From NCBI GenBank assembly GCA_964016885.1, contig OZ024741.1, positions 236,282,001 to 236,346,000 on the forward strand: a stretch of DNA of 64,000 nt. Reading direction: 5' to 3'. Below are positions 11,789 through 24,979 of the stretch, one piece after another. Under the pieces are notes generated by a model. The model was given only the letters and a program-made list of their open reading frames with translations, was not told where the DNA came from and ran no database searches. Position 1 is the stretch's first letter; every line of letters starts with the position of its first letter. This stretch comes from Eledone cirrhosa. Lineage: Eukaryota. The position numbers were made by a program, and so were the translations under genes.

Positions 11789-13335
11789 CATACATACATA
11801 CATACATACATACATACATACATACATACATACATACATACATACATACATACATACACGCACAGTGTATCCAATATTACATTTTCAAATGTCACCTTAC
11901 ATATCTTGTCAGAGATATGAATAGATGAAAGTAAAAGGAAATTTCGCTGCTGTGTCAAACAGGTCGAGTGACCACAGGCCAGTAGCTAAAGTAAATAGGT
12001 GACTTAAGTTTAGAGGATAATAGGTTGTAGGGCGTGTGTGTGTGTGTATGAAAGGCGGAAAGAGGAAGAAGAGAAAGAACGAGAGGAGTGTTTGTGGGAA
12101 CGTGTGTGTGTGAAAGAGGGAGAGGAGAAGAGAGATAGGTGGTGAAGGGGAAGAGAGAGAGTGTGAGAGAAAGAAACAAATATGAGAGAAAGAATGGAAG
12201 AAGTAAAAGGGTGAGTGGTAGGAGAGAAGTAGAGAGAGAAGAATAGACATAGAATGTTTGTAGGGAGATGTGTGTATGAAAGAGTGAGAAAGAGGAAAGA
12301 AAGAGAGAGAGAGGAAGAGACAGAGATGTAGAGAGTAAAAGAAAGATATGTAGAGACGAAGGGAAGGAAAGAAAATGGAAAGGAGGAAGAGGAGTATTGA
12401 CAAAGAGTGGGATAGAAGTAAAGAGAAGGGTCAGCTAAGTGGTGTTATGGGCGAGAAAGAGGGCGAAACACAGAGAGGGAGTGAGAGGTAGAGGGGATAG
12501 ATATCTAATATTTAAAGAAAGCCAAGGGTAGTGGATGGACAGAATTGGCAGAGCGTCGGCTAAAATGCTATTGTCGTATTTGTTCTGGCTCTTTACATTC
12601 TGAGTTCAAATCCCGCCTAGGTCAACTTTACCTTTCATCCTCTCGGTGTTGATAAAATAAAGTACCAGTCAAGTACTGGGTTGATTTAACCAACTTTGTC
12701 CTACCGACATATTTGCTGACTCTGTACCAAAATTAGAAACCAGTATTTAAAGGAAGCCATGCATTAAGTATATTTAAATTGGTCTCTTCTCATTCTCATT
12801 GCTGAATATCGGGCACTAATTACAATTGCACCAATACCCATCTATATGATGTAATATGTCTATAATTCTCATCGGGAAAAAAGTGATGTCGGTTGGTCCC
12901 GAATCCTCGTCCAACTATTACTCTAGAGTTGGCTATCGAACGGCAGCTCATCCTCCTACATCACAAGGATGAAGCTGTTGCCCACTTGAAAGGTTGCCAC
13001 CAAGATGACTAAGGAATTCCATCTACTCCGGCTTTGAAATCAGAGTGATCCTTCTCTTAAACAGACTGCCTACCAAGGCTCTGTCTATGCTTTTTGTGTG
13101 TGTTTTTTTGTTTTTACACACTATTGGATGGCCGTAGCCTTTTCTGAGTTACTCCGCCCTTTTACGCGCTTTGTTTTCCATTCCGCAAGGTATCCAAAAA
13201 TCACCCTCCTCATCAAGCAAGCTTGGTGGGGTTTCCGGTTTAGTCGCCGACAACCCGACCATGCAACAGCTTGTACTGGGTTACGTGTTACCAGTAGCTC
13301 TCGGGAGCGACCTGACACAATATATGAACTATTTA

Positions 13336-13536
13336 AATACCCCAAAACACACAGGAAGCCGCGCAGTGTATATATAATCTAACTAAACTTTTATAAAATT
13401 AAAAGCAGACCCGATAAATTTCTAGATACTTATATATGAACTGTTTATATAATTTATAGGGTCTACATTTAACTTTATATACAGTTTAGTTAGATTATAT
13501 ATACACTATGTGGTTTCTTGTGTATGTTTGGGTATT
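13336..13536. repeat. Older imperfect palindrome (~200 bp)
   Basis: Perfect 25-bp core agtgtatatataatctaactaaact (13365-13389) / agtttagttagattatatatacact (13483-13507); flanks have diverged. Confidence 0.75.
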
Positions 13537-13994
13537 CTCTGTTTCATACACATACATACGCACATACATACGCACATACATGTATCATTTTATTCTTTAA
13601 CTGGTTTCAGTCATTAGAATGGAAGCATGCTAGGGCTCCGCCCAAAGCAGATTTTAGTCGATCATATTAATCCTAGTATTTATTTTTTTCAATGCTGGTA
13701 CTTATTTTATCGATCTCATTTTGTCAAAGCACTAAGTTACGGGACATAAACACAGACACAAAACAAATGTAACACAAACACAGTCACACACACGCACATA
13801 CACGCACACATACATATATACGACGTGCTTCCGCAATTTCCATCAACCAAATTCCACTAACAAAGCATTGATCAACCAAATGCTATATTAGAAGACACTT
13901 GCTCAAAATGCCACCAAGCATGACTGAACCCAGAACCAACTGGTTGCGAAGCGAAGTCCTTAACGACATTGCCATGTCTGCACCTATAGATATT

Positions 13995-14950
13995 ACCACC
14001 CTTCCTTTTACATCCGCTTGTATGGGTTGGACGGATCTTTTCCAGCACAATTCCCCTCCACCTACTGCGTTTCTTCGTCAACTTATCTGCCAGGTTCAGC
14101 GTTTTGAGAGTAGCTCTCACCAAATTTGCCCAGGTCTTTCTTGATCTTCCTCTACTACAGCTTCCTTCCTTTGCAAACTTCTGGCACATCTTCACTCAAC
14201 AGTCATCCATACGCATCACATGACCATACCAGTGCAGTCTTCTCTCTTTTATAGTAGTTTTTCTCTCAGCTCATCCATGTTCCGCCGTTCGTGCACATTA
14301 ACATTACACATCCAATAGAGTATGTTTATTTTATTTCTCTCCAGCCTTCGCATATCCTCTGCATTTAATGCCTGTGTTTCACTTCCTTACAACATCGTAC
14401 TTCGAATGCAAGCACGATATAGCCTGACGTTAATTCGCAGAGAAAAACCCTTTGTTGTCAACAAAGGCAGTAGCTTTCTGAACATTTCCATCCTGTTCTT
14501 ATCGTAGCTAGTATTCAGACCAATCTCTTCCACTGATAATTAGGTCATCTAGGTAACAGAGGGTATCAAATACTTCTATGAAGTTTTCCCGGGATTGAAG
14601 AAAGTTTATTACACTGGGTGGGGGTGGGATCTTACTTCTAATTACTTCTATGCATTACTTACATACAAAGTTTACCTTTTCTTTTAGACTACCTACAATC
14701 CCACTATACCTCTTGTGTCCCCGAGTTTTACATAGTGCACACCGTATAGAGTTTCTACCTATCGAGCACAGCGGCGGCCCTGGTGGAATCAGAGTTCTTA
14801 CTAATTGAAACGTTGGTTTTCACCAAGTTTACTCTAAGCCTGTTTGATTTTAAATTCTGTTTTTACAGTAAGAATTTATTCTCTAGCCCTTCCACAGATT
14901 CAGCAATAAAAACTAAGTCGTCAGTATTCAGAAGTTCCCGTGCACATATA
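13995..14950 (-). mobile_element. Degraded RTE LINE 3' portion (same group as the 52-57 kb copies)
   Basis: Minus-strand remnants of KGFSLR..RLY.ACIRSTML.GSET, RRLHWYGHVMRM and GR.RKTW. Confidence 0.75.
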
Positions 14951-15107
14951 TCCGGTCTTAAACTCTTGTGGCATGATGAACTATAATAAATATAAGAACC
15001 AAATCGTCAGAATACAGAAGTTCCTATGGACATCCGGTCTTAAACTCTTATGGCTTGAAGAACTATATTAAACAGGAAAGGAACAGTTTATCTTTCAAAC
15101 GTGATAC

Positions 15108-15360
15108 ATTAACTCTTCTGATACTGAACCGACAGGCACCGTCCATGGTTCTAAGATTCAAAGCTATCTGTTTTAAAGTGTTCATATTTATTTAAAAACC
15201 TTCCATCATATTTTTGTCAGAACCTTTGTTAAGTTATCTTCCAAACACCAGGTTAATAACGAGTAAGTTATATATTAAATACATACAAATTCTTGATTAT
15301 TTTCAAAATAATTTGAAAATTATAAGTGCCTTTCACATATACTTCCGAGAACAAATTGCT
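15108..15360. mobile_element. TTAA-associated MITE-like element (piggyBac-like ends); second copy at ~39557-39813
   Basis: Both copies start ttaacYcttYtgatac and share ttaagttatcttccaaacacc and gattattttcaaaat; the 39.6-kb copy ends aaagaattaa. Confidence 0.45.
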
Positions 15361-16303
15361 GTATTATTGGAGATGTATGTAGTCTTCTCGAAATAAAATT
15401 GGTTTTTTTGTATCACGAAGATGTGTGCGTGCCCCCCCCCCCCCTCTATCTTTCACCCCCTCTCTTCTGAACGGTGAGATGGACGTATTTTTCGAAGCTA
15501 ATAATATGGAATTACATAACTGCTATCGATTAGTCAATATATCGATATTATCGTGATTCATTTCAACCTTTGAAACTATTGTAAGTAAAGCACTGAACCG
15601 CGTCTTTTTGTTTTCATTGTTCAACCTATAAATATGAAATTATACCTGTATTTTGTTTATAAGAACAATGGTTACAGATACAAATTAAAGTGTCCTATAC
15701 TTCAGAAAATAAAATCCAATATAATAAACATACATCTTGTACCTGTTGTACCTGTAGATTCCTCGCTTCCTGTTTCTGTTAGACGCGCTGGAGGTGTACT
15801 GAAAGAAAGAAAGACAGAAGGAAAGAAAGTTGAGAGAGAGAGAGATGCAAAGAAAGAAAGACTTTAAATTCCGTAGACTTTTTTCCTTTCTTCAAGCATA
15901 TGAATATCTGTTCATATATATATAACTCGGGTGGTGGGGGTGGGTTGGGGTTGGGGTTGGGGTTGATATAATCTATTTTCCCAATCTGACATATTGCAGA
16001 CCTTGTGTCTATATTGAAAATCATTATTAAAGGGTGGTAGATTGGCAAAATGTGTAGAGCGTCGGGTGAAATGCCTTTGCGGTGTTTGTTCTGGCTCTTT
16101 ACATTGTAGTTCAAATCTCACCGAGGTCAACTTTGCCTTTCATTCTTCAATCAATATAATCAACATTGCTCTGTCCCCCAAAATTTGCTGGCCCTGTGCC
16201 TAAATTAGAAATTAATATAAAGACTGGCTGTCTATTTTGACGGTGTGAGCTCACTAATTATGAATATCATATATACGCACACACGAGCACAAATACATAC
16301 ATA

Positions 16304-17305
16304 CACTGAGGCACATACATGCACTGAGGCTCACACATACATGCACTGAGGCTCACACACGCACATACATGCACTGAGGCACACACACGCACATATATGC
16401 ACAGAGGCACACACACGCACATATTTGAACAGAGGCACACACACACGCACATATATGCACAGAGGCGCACACACACACGCACATATCTGCACAGAGGCAC
16501 ACACACGCACATATCTGCACAGAGGCCCACACACACGCACATATTTGAACAGAGGCACACACACACGCACATATCTGCACAGAGGCACACACACACGCAC
16601 ATATATGCACAGAGGCCCACACACACGCACATATCTGCACAGAGGCCCACACACACGCACATATCTGCACAGAGGCACACACACACGCACATATATGCAC
16701 AGAGGCGCACACACACGCACATATCTGCACAGAGGCACACACACACGCACATATCTGCACAGAGGCCCACACACACACGCACATATATGCACAGAGGCGC
16801 ACACACACGCACATATCTGCACAGAGGCACACACACGCACATATCTATCTGCACAGAGGCACACACACACACGCACATATCTGCACAGAGGCCCACACAC
16901 ACGCACATATATGCACAGAGGCGCACACACACGCACATATCTGCACAGAGGCCCACACACACACGCACATATCTGCACAGAGGCCCACACACACACGCAC
17001 ATATATGCACAGAGGCGCACACACACGCACATATCTGCACAGAGGCACACACACGCACATATCTGCACAGAGGCACACACACACGCACATATCTGCACAG
17101 AGGCCCACACACACGCACATATCTGCACAGAGGCCCACACACACGCACATATCTGCACAGAGGCCCACACACACGCACATATCTGCACAGAAGCACACAC
17201 ACGCACATATCTATCTGCACAGAGGCCCACACACACACGCACATATCTGCACAGAGGCACACACACACGCACATATCTGCACAGAGGCCCACACACACGC
17301 ACATA
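16304..17305. repeat. ~30-bp minisatellite, about 33 copies
   Basis: Unit gcacagaggc(a/c/g)cacacacacgcacatat(c/a)t with variable (CA)n length; it explains the overlapping repetitive ORFs. Confidence 0.95.
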
Positions 17306-17809
17306 CGTAGTTAGGAGGGGGGAGAGTCAATAGGTTTCTTTGCCTTAATTTATTAACCTTTCCTTTTCTCCCAGTTGTTCACTTCGATTCAGGCAAATTG
17401 CACAAAGAAGAGAATAAAGGAGAAGGCAAAGCTCTATATATAGTCAGTGCAAACCACATTAGCGACAACAGTTTTGTGTTGAAAATTATCAATGCAGCTG
17501 TCAAAAAATTACCATTTATCGTCTTTTTTTCTTTCCAATTATTTAATAAATTATATACGTAAGAAATAATTTATATGTATGAATCTCTCTCTCATTCTCT
17601 CTCCACCCCCCTCTCTCTCTATATATATATATACACCCACACTTTATATATATATACACGCACACTCTTTATATATATATATATATACACGCACACACAA
17701 ACACACACTGACACGCACACATTCATGCATAATGTGCGCGCATTGCACACATTCACAACACACCCTCACGGATGCACACACCCTCACGGATGCACACACC
17801 CTCACGGAT

Positions 17810-17847
<38 letters not shown>

Positions 17848-17858
17848 CCAAATCCTTA

Positions 17859-18029
17859 CCTTGTTGTCTTAGGATAGTCTATGCAGTTTTCCGGTTTATA
17901 AGCAGGTGTGAGGTTCAGACCCGGCAGGCGGTTCCGTCACATTTTTTCTGTCATATTTCGTAATATGACAGAACCTCGAACCTGCTATAAACCGGAAAAC
18001 TGCATAGACTACTACTATTCCAAGACGAC

Positions 18030-18031
<2 letters not shown>
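17859..18031. repeat. Fold-back insertion between (CA)n and (TA)n with a nested hairpin
   Basis: tagtctatgcagttttccggtttata / tataaaccggaaaactgcatagacta; inner hairpin ttctgtcatatt/aatatgacagaa. Confidence 0.75.
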
Positions 18032-18126
<95 letters not shown>

Positions 18127-18478
18127 GTGGCACGCCATCGGCTACGGCTACGAGTGTTCCAGATGATACGATCAACGGAATAGCCTGCTCGTGAAATTAA
18201 AGTGCAAATGGATGAGCAGTCGACAGACACGCATACACCTAACGTAGTTCTCAGAGTGATTCGGTGAGACACAGCATGTGATAAGGCTGACCCTTCGAAT
18301 TACAGGTACAACTCATTTTTGATAGCTGAATGAACTGGAGCAACGTAAAATAAAGTCTCTACACCACGCGCCATCGGGAATCGAACTCATGACTATGCGA
18401 TCGTGAGCCGAATTCCCTAACCACAAAGTGACGCGCTTTCACACACACACACATACATATATACATATATATATATAC

Positions 18479-18524
<46 letters not shown>

Positions 18525-18734
18525 AAAATGTTCAAGACTCCGACGGCAGAGCTCAAGCCGTTTCGACAGAAATAGCCGTCGAAACGGCTTGAGCTCTGCC
18601 GTCGGGGTCGTGAACATTTTCCTATTAGCCACTATACTACCCTAAGTATTGAGTACTCTGGTGCGTTATGGTCCATCTAGTTCCTTACCACACTTCCTTT
18701 GTTATATATATATATGTGTCTGTGTGTCTGTGTG

Positions 18735-19025
18735 TGTTAGGTAATTCCGAAGGCAAAGGAAAAAAGAGTGCTCTATGTATAGAACAGAGCTATTTAATTA
18801 GAAATTGAACAACACAAAATATAACTACTCCATTACCAAAGGTTTCTGGATCACAGACAATAATATTATACGTCTTCCAGACGTATAATATTATCAATCC
18901 CGCCGAGGTTGACTTTGCCTTTCAGCCTTACGGGGTCGATAAAATAAAGTACCAGTAATGCACTGGGTAATTGCTGGCCTTGTGCCTAAAGTAGAAACAA
19001 TTATTATCAATTTCTAATTAAATAT
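18735..19025 (-). mobile_element. Short PLE-type terminal fragment (family of 1110-1380 and 22499-22730), fold-back, interrupted by a SINE-A insertion
   Basis: Shares agagtgctctatg..agagctatttaatta..cattaccaaaggtttc with 22540-22612. tatttaattagaaattg is mirrored at ~19007-19023. The SINE is flanked by a tattatcaat duplication. Confidence 0.6.
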
Positions 19026-19030
19026 ACACG

Positions 19031-19161
<131 letters not shown>

Positions 19162-19639
19162 ACAAATATGGCATAAATTTATCGAAATAAAATCATTTCC
19201 ATTTCGTTGTTCCTTAAAAACTCAATGGAAATTAGATGCGAAAAAATATTCCAGAGCATACTCATAATATTACGGAAACAACAATAATTATATTTTTTTA
19301 ATACATATGACGAGGCAAAAACCAATCAGAACATAAAGTATATATACCTATACAGCTGTTTCAAACCATAAAAAAAATATATATACTAGATGTCTTTTTA
19401 GTGCTTCAAAATATAAGGTATCCCTTGGGAGTTTAGTTAAAAAGTGACTCGTATGTGTTGATAAATTAAACAGGTAACCTTACGCTGTAATAGACGAGGT
19501 AACCTTTGCTTTTAAGCATCAAAAGAATAGCAAAGAGGTTCATAGCAGAGCTAGAAATAGCTCACCAACTCCTTCAAATAGATCAGCTCAAGCAACTAGG
19601 GAAGCAGTACATAAATCAAAAATAAAATCTCGATTTCGT

Positions 19640-20836
19640 TGTTGAATGGAAATCATGGTCAGGCGGTCCATCTGTTGTCAACACCCGCTACGTGGAGGGC
19701 TGGGCATGCCGTGGCTGATGATGCGCAGGCACGCGCTCAGGCTACGACATCTCCACCTCTTCCTCGACGGTGATCAGGTGTGGTCGCCGTTTGCTAGACG
19801 CGTTTTTCCCCAGCTCGTTTCCTTGACGGAGCTGCAGTCCTGGGTCAAGCGAAGACCGAGAGGGAGCGCCTGGAGACTGGAATGTCTTCAGGCGCTCACA
19901 GCCCTCGACAAATCGGGCAATGTGATCGGTGGAAACTCCACCTCGGCGTTCTATAGAGGATTAGTGGAGGGGAAGAGCGACGACGTACTTGGGGAAACTC
20001 TAGGCGTCGACGAAAATCAACTAGCCAATCTCTTCGGAAGAACTTTCGGGCCAGGGCCTATGGACAACTTCCAGAAATCTCTGGCCTGGCAGTGCTACCG
20101 AGGAGCCTTGCCAGTTCGGGATAAACTCTACAGGCATGGAGGTGCCGTCAGCCGGGCATGTCCAAGATGCGCGCAGGGCGACGAAACCGTCCTGCACGCA
20201 CTCGTCCAGTGTCCGAAAATTGCTGACTTGTGGGTTTATGTCGAACACCTGCTGTCGCGTTTAGGACGGATCCAGCTATCATCTGAGTCTATCGTGAGGA
20301 TTGCCCCGCCCTCCTCCTTTAGCCGGGAAGGACAGGCAGTTTTTATCTGTCTGGTGGCCATGGCGAAAGAGATAGTATGGTGGACACGTTTGAAAGGGCT
20401 GAAGACGAGCACTTACCTCTTCGGTGATGCTCTGATTGACTTTTTCAAATTTCATTTGAAAAGGAAAATCAGAGTAGAGAAGGAAGTGCTCTCTTCCCAG
20501 CATTTTGTTGAAAGATGGGTGAGAGAAGCAAGAATGGCCCGAGTGAATGGGCCGACTCTGAGTATATATCTGTAAACTAAAGGTGGAAAACTGGGAGAGG
20601 GCACTTGCCTTGGTGGTCAAGGTCATTGTGGCTTTTTACTGGGCTTTCTCCACAAATGTCCCTCCGAAGTCTCCCCCCTATTGGGGAATTTTTTCATTGT
20701 TATTTTCATTGTTATTTTTGTTACATCCTCTGTTTTTGTTTTTTTACACGCAGAAATGCCCATTTGTACCGTCCTGCATTGTCCTGCACTGTCCTTAATG
20801 TCTACTTTATGTAAACCCTTGTGGTTAATAAAGAAA

Positions 20837-20838
<2 letters not shown>
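19640..20838 (+). mobile_element. 5'-truncated Tx1/L1-clade LINE: ORF2 C-terminus with zf-RVT (ORF 19646-20575) and 3'UTR
   Basis: GGLGMP; W...RGALPVRDKL...CPRC...ETVLHALVQCP (CCHC zf-RVT motif); AATAAA-containing end followed by (ATT)n. Confidence 0.88.
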
Positions 20839-20885
<47 letters not shown>

Positions 20886-21094
20886 AGGGCGGTGGATTGG
20901 CGGTATCGGTAGAGGGTCAGACGCCATGCTTTCCAGCATAGTTACGCCCCTTAACGATCTGAGTTCAAATCCCGCCGAGGTTGACTTTGCCTTTCATCCT
21001 TACGAGGTCGATCTGGGTGATTGCTGACCTTGTGCCTAAAGTAGAAACAATTCTTCTTCTTCTTCTTCTTCTTCTTCTTCTTCTTCTTCTTCCT

Positions 21095-22350
21095 GAGAGG
21101 GTCATGGCGGCAGAATCCTTAAACACTCCTTCTAACGGGTCGGGTCAGAAGCAACCGTTTCCAATTGACCCCGCTGGAACCCCGAGCAAGACCGCTCAAG
21201 GATATTATCCAACCATCTTGCTCGGGGTTAACTCCGGGGTCTCCTGTCGGTTAGTTTTCCCCGTAAAATCTGCCCAGCGATTCTTTCCTGAGACGTTCTA
21301 ACCACATGCCCAAATGCCCATCGCGATCGTATTCTTTCAGTCATTACCGAAGATTCATGGTCATAGGTAAGGGTTGATACGAATATCGAATTGAAGATAG
21401 CGAGTTTGGCTTTTACACCTACCTCCCTTCTTCTGATTACCAAATGCTGAAGCTGGCGCATTACTGTACCAGCTCCTGCAATTCTTGCACTTAATTTAGC
21501 TTCCTGCCTTCCATCACTCGTGAACACGGCCCCGCAATACTTGAACTTCTGCACCTGCTTCAGTGGAACTCCATTCACATATAGAGTGCACTGCGCAGGC
21601 TTCCTTGACGGGCGACTTTCTTAGTTTTCGCAGCACTGATTTTCATTCCAGCCATGAACCCTATGAAAACTCGGCATGAAACCTATCAAATCGGAGATCA
21701 CTTTCTGTCGAGTTAAGTAATACCATGTCGTCTGCAAATTCTAGCCGACTAATTTTACACCCGCCAGTCATGACACTACTTCCAACCCGTCTGCGCATGT
21801 CAATCCCGTTCATGAAAGTAATGAGCAGGAGAGGTCACAGTATGCACCCTTGGTGGAGTCCCACTCCCACATTTAATGGTTTCAATTTAGCACCATTTAT
21901 CCGAAGACAAATACTCAGGCATTCGTATAGCAACATCATGACAACAAGAAGCTGACTATCGATTCCATACTCCTGCAGAACCATCCATTGCAGCTTCCGA
22001 TGAACACTGCCATATGCTTTTTCGAAATCAACAAAACAAGAATATACCTCTTGGCAATACTCCCACAATTTCTCGAAGACCTCGTGTAGTGTGAATTCTT
22101 GGTCGGCTGTGCTGTGTCCGGGGTGAAAACCACACTGTTCATCAGCTAGCTTGAACGCGACAATCTCCCTACATCTCTTTGTCAGACACTTAGCATAGAC
22201 TTTACCAGGGAGGCTTAACAACGAGATTTCTCTGTAACTGGAATAATCTCTTTTATCTCCCTTTTTGAAAATTGGGATTATCAATCCCGATTACCATTGC
22301 TTAGGTGCCTTTCCAGAGATCCAGGCCACCTGGCACACAGGAGCTAGCCA
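21095..22350 (-). mobile_element. Degraded RTE LINE (RT and C-terminus)
   Basis: IIPIFKKGD..YREISLLSLPGKVY, EQCGF, CFVDFEKAY, VGLHQGCIL, QVQKFKYCG, WAFGHVVR. Confidence 0.88.
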
Positions 22351-22443
22351 GAGAATGCCTTCAATGGAAATTATATGCGAAAATATATTCCAGAACATAC
22401 AAATACATACACACAAATATACACTTTTACTCTTTTACCTGTT

Positions 22444-22498
<55 letters not shown>

Positions 22499-22502
<4 letters not shown>

Positions 22503-22728
22503 GTATTTCTGTAGAAAAGGTAAAGGAAGGGAGAGTGCTCTATGTATGCTACAGAGCTATTTAATTATGTAATAAACAACACGATACAATTATTCCATTT
22601 ACCAAAGGTTTCACGAAGACAGGCGAGCTTATTCTGATGAACGAATTCAGACGTCTCTGTTGAGCTCGCCTGTCTTCGTGAAACCTTTGGTAAATGGAAT
22701 AATTGTATTGTGTTGCTTATTACATAAT

Positions 22729-22730
<2 letters not shown>
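22499..22730. mobile_element. Fold-back PLE-type insertion in (TA)n (arms ~22562-22629 / 22663-22730)
   Basis: taattatgtaataa...cacgaagacaggcgagct is mirrored by agctcgcctgtcttcgtg...ttattacataatta; an ~63-nt unmirrored tail lies on the left. Confidence 0.8.
22629..22701 (+). ncRNA. Type I hammerhead ribozyme-like motif
   Basis: att-CTGATGA(22634-22640)-stem II acgaa..cag/ctg..ttcgt-GAAA(22680-22683)-cctttgg-TA-aatgg; same 3' half as the 1228 motif. Confidence 0.6.
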
Positions 22731-22763
<33 letters not shown>

Positions 22764-22994
22764 AATCTGAGTTTTTCGAATATAATATGCAAACAGCCTC
22801 TTTTACATGCCAACACAAGAACAAGAATGAGGGGCAAATTCTACTGACATGGCTTAAAAGAGGGTGTTTGCATAATTGCAAACTAATCGAATAGTATTAT
22901 TAATATTCGAAAACCACAGATTACATTTATTGTATTCAGTCATGTAGAGCGATAACCTTTTGTTAGTTATTATATATATATAAATACACACACG

Positions 22995-23040
<46 letters not shown>

Positions 23041-23075
23041 TACATACACACACATATATATATTTATATATATCG

Positions 23076-23400
23076 ACGTTATGCCCGTTCTATCCGACAC
23101 GCTCCGTCTCATATATATATATGAGACGAGCGTGTCGAATAGAACGGGTACGTTCACAGACACTCTATGAAGAACCGTAGACTGGAGAACTCTACAACGC
23201 TCGCCAATAAAATCTGGCAGCTTAAAAACACAAACCAGGAATTTATCGGGAGCAAGGGCCTACAACAATGGAATGTCCCACTGCGGACTTTGCAATATGG
23301 GGCTATTCCATATTTCAAGGTACGATAAGATGCTGCTTAACAGCGAAATAGAAAGATCAATTTTCTGTAGGCATAAAATAGCTATCAAGTTCACAAATTT
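23076..23400 (+). pseudogene. Hairpin (23076-23153) followed by a degenerate Hydra-like PLE endonuclease C-terminus
   Basis: cccgttctat..gacacgctc..gtctc(at)6gagac..gagcgtgtcg..atagaacggg; then RLENSTTLANKIWQLK...AYNNGMSHCGLC...LLN...FCRHK. Confidence 0.55.
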
Positions 23401-24009
23401 CAAACCACCGTGATTCGACCCAGCAATCCCAAAATTAGAACTGAACCACCTGGATTTTAACGTACGGAATACACACCATCACACCGCTATTAGCTGTCAA
23501 ACAGCCGACCGGTCACTAGATCATAAATCTCTTTCACCCTCTCTCCCTGAAACCACATCAACCCCATTAAGACAAGACAATCAGCAAAACATTTACCACA
23601 CACACTTGTCAAAACCCCCCCTTCACCATCCACCCTTAGCCCTTGGGTCTCATACTAGTATCTCCCAATTAATTTATAATTTATTGCTTTTTCTTTTATC
23701 TGTCACTACCTCAGACTCTGTACACGTATCTATGTATATTTCGAATATGACTTTTCATGTTAGCACTAAATCCACCACAGCATCCTTAAGCGAAAACTTA
23801 CTCACCACCACCACTATCATATTCTGTACTTATATGCTCTCACTTATCCTTATTTCTTTATATTTTTATTATTTTTCCATTTTCTTACTTTTTTACTGGA
23901 TCTTTTTTTTTATTTTTTACTTTTTACATCTGTAAACTTCTTTACCTATTTATCATATATTTTATTATTGCTGTTATTGTTTTGATTATACGCTATTTCT
24001 CTGCAGTAT

Positions 24010-24140
24010 AATATCAATAATATTAATAAATGGAAACTATCTTTTTAAAACCATATTTATTTTATTATATATATTTCAAATGTTGGTACGGTCTCATCAG
24101 ATAAAATACAAAAGTTGTTTTACAGATAGTGACATATTCA
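24010..24140 (-). mobile_element. Diverged relative of the 8689-9160 element with a decayed hammerhead
   Basis: Minus strand tattttat-CTGATGA-(unpaired 16 nt)-GAAA-tatata-TA-ataaaata; shares aaaaccatatttattt and taaatggaaa with 8700-8740. Confidence 0.6.
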
Positions 24141-24337
24141 AACTAGAACTTAATGTTTTGAGTTCTATTTGAATAGTCATATATATATATATATATATAT
24201 ATAAATTTGGAAGAAACAGGGAGCTGTGTGGTTACTTGATAAAGTGTATTTAAAAATAAAAGGAAAGCACAAGCGGGGGACAATCCCTCCTTCAGTTATC
24301 TGCTGGAGATCATGGACATTTCAACGCATTATATATA

Positions 24338-24938
24338 CTAGCAGAAAAACCACCCTTTTGATGTTTTTTCTGCTAGAATGTGTAGTGTACATATTGATAT
24401 TATACGCAAATATATATACATGTAGATATGATATACATCAAATGAAATCGTAATTGACAATATACACAAAAATTGAACGAAGTCTGAATTACACTGTCTT
24501 CTGTAACATGATACATTAAAAAAGGACGATATTATATATAAACTGCATTAGGAAAATGTATCCATCGGTAGTTGTTTATCTTACTCCAATATTGAGATAG
24601 GAAAAGGGTTAATGTAAACAATAAATTTTAAAAACTTGATTCAGTGGAACGATACGTGATGCCCCCCCCCCTCCCCACACCCACACACACACCCACAGAT
24701 GTGATACTTTTATAAGCAATCGCTAACCGGAAGTGTTGACATTTGAAAATTTCAAAAAGGTGAATCTTAAAATAAGCAATAAAATTATTTATATTTAATC
24801 AAGAATAACGAAATTTAGTAGATCAATTATGTAATATTCATTCATTATTTATTCAAAGTAATCCAACTTATTTTACAAACGGGATAAAAAAAAAAATATT
24901 CTGGATGCAGTCCCGCACTCCTTTCTTTATTATAGTTA

Positions 24939-24941
<3 letters not shown>
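24338..24941 (-). mobile_element. Possible non-autonomous Helitron
   Basis: The minus strand begins A|TCTTAACTATAATAAAG and ends ...CTAG|T with a subterminal palindrome (ctagcagaaaaa/ttttttctgctag). Confidence 0.5.

Positions 24942-24979
<38 letters not shown>

Noticed and set aside
12050-12500. GA-rich tract (and CT-rich tract at 27540-27830) giving hydrophobic ORFs
   Set aside because: Low-complexity purine/pyrimidine-skewed sequence with no evidence of coding.
15928-15965. (TTGGGG)n telomere-like or G-quadruplex tract
   Set aside because: Only about three units, not TTAGGG, and unremarkable in such a repeat-rich window.
16267-17333. 300-345 aa Cys-rich or His-rich ORFs on both strands
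   Set aside because: Artefact of a stop-free ~30-bp minisatellite with frame-shifting unit lengths.
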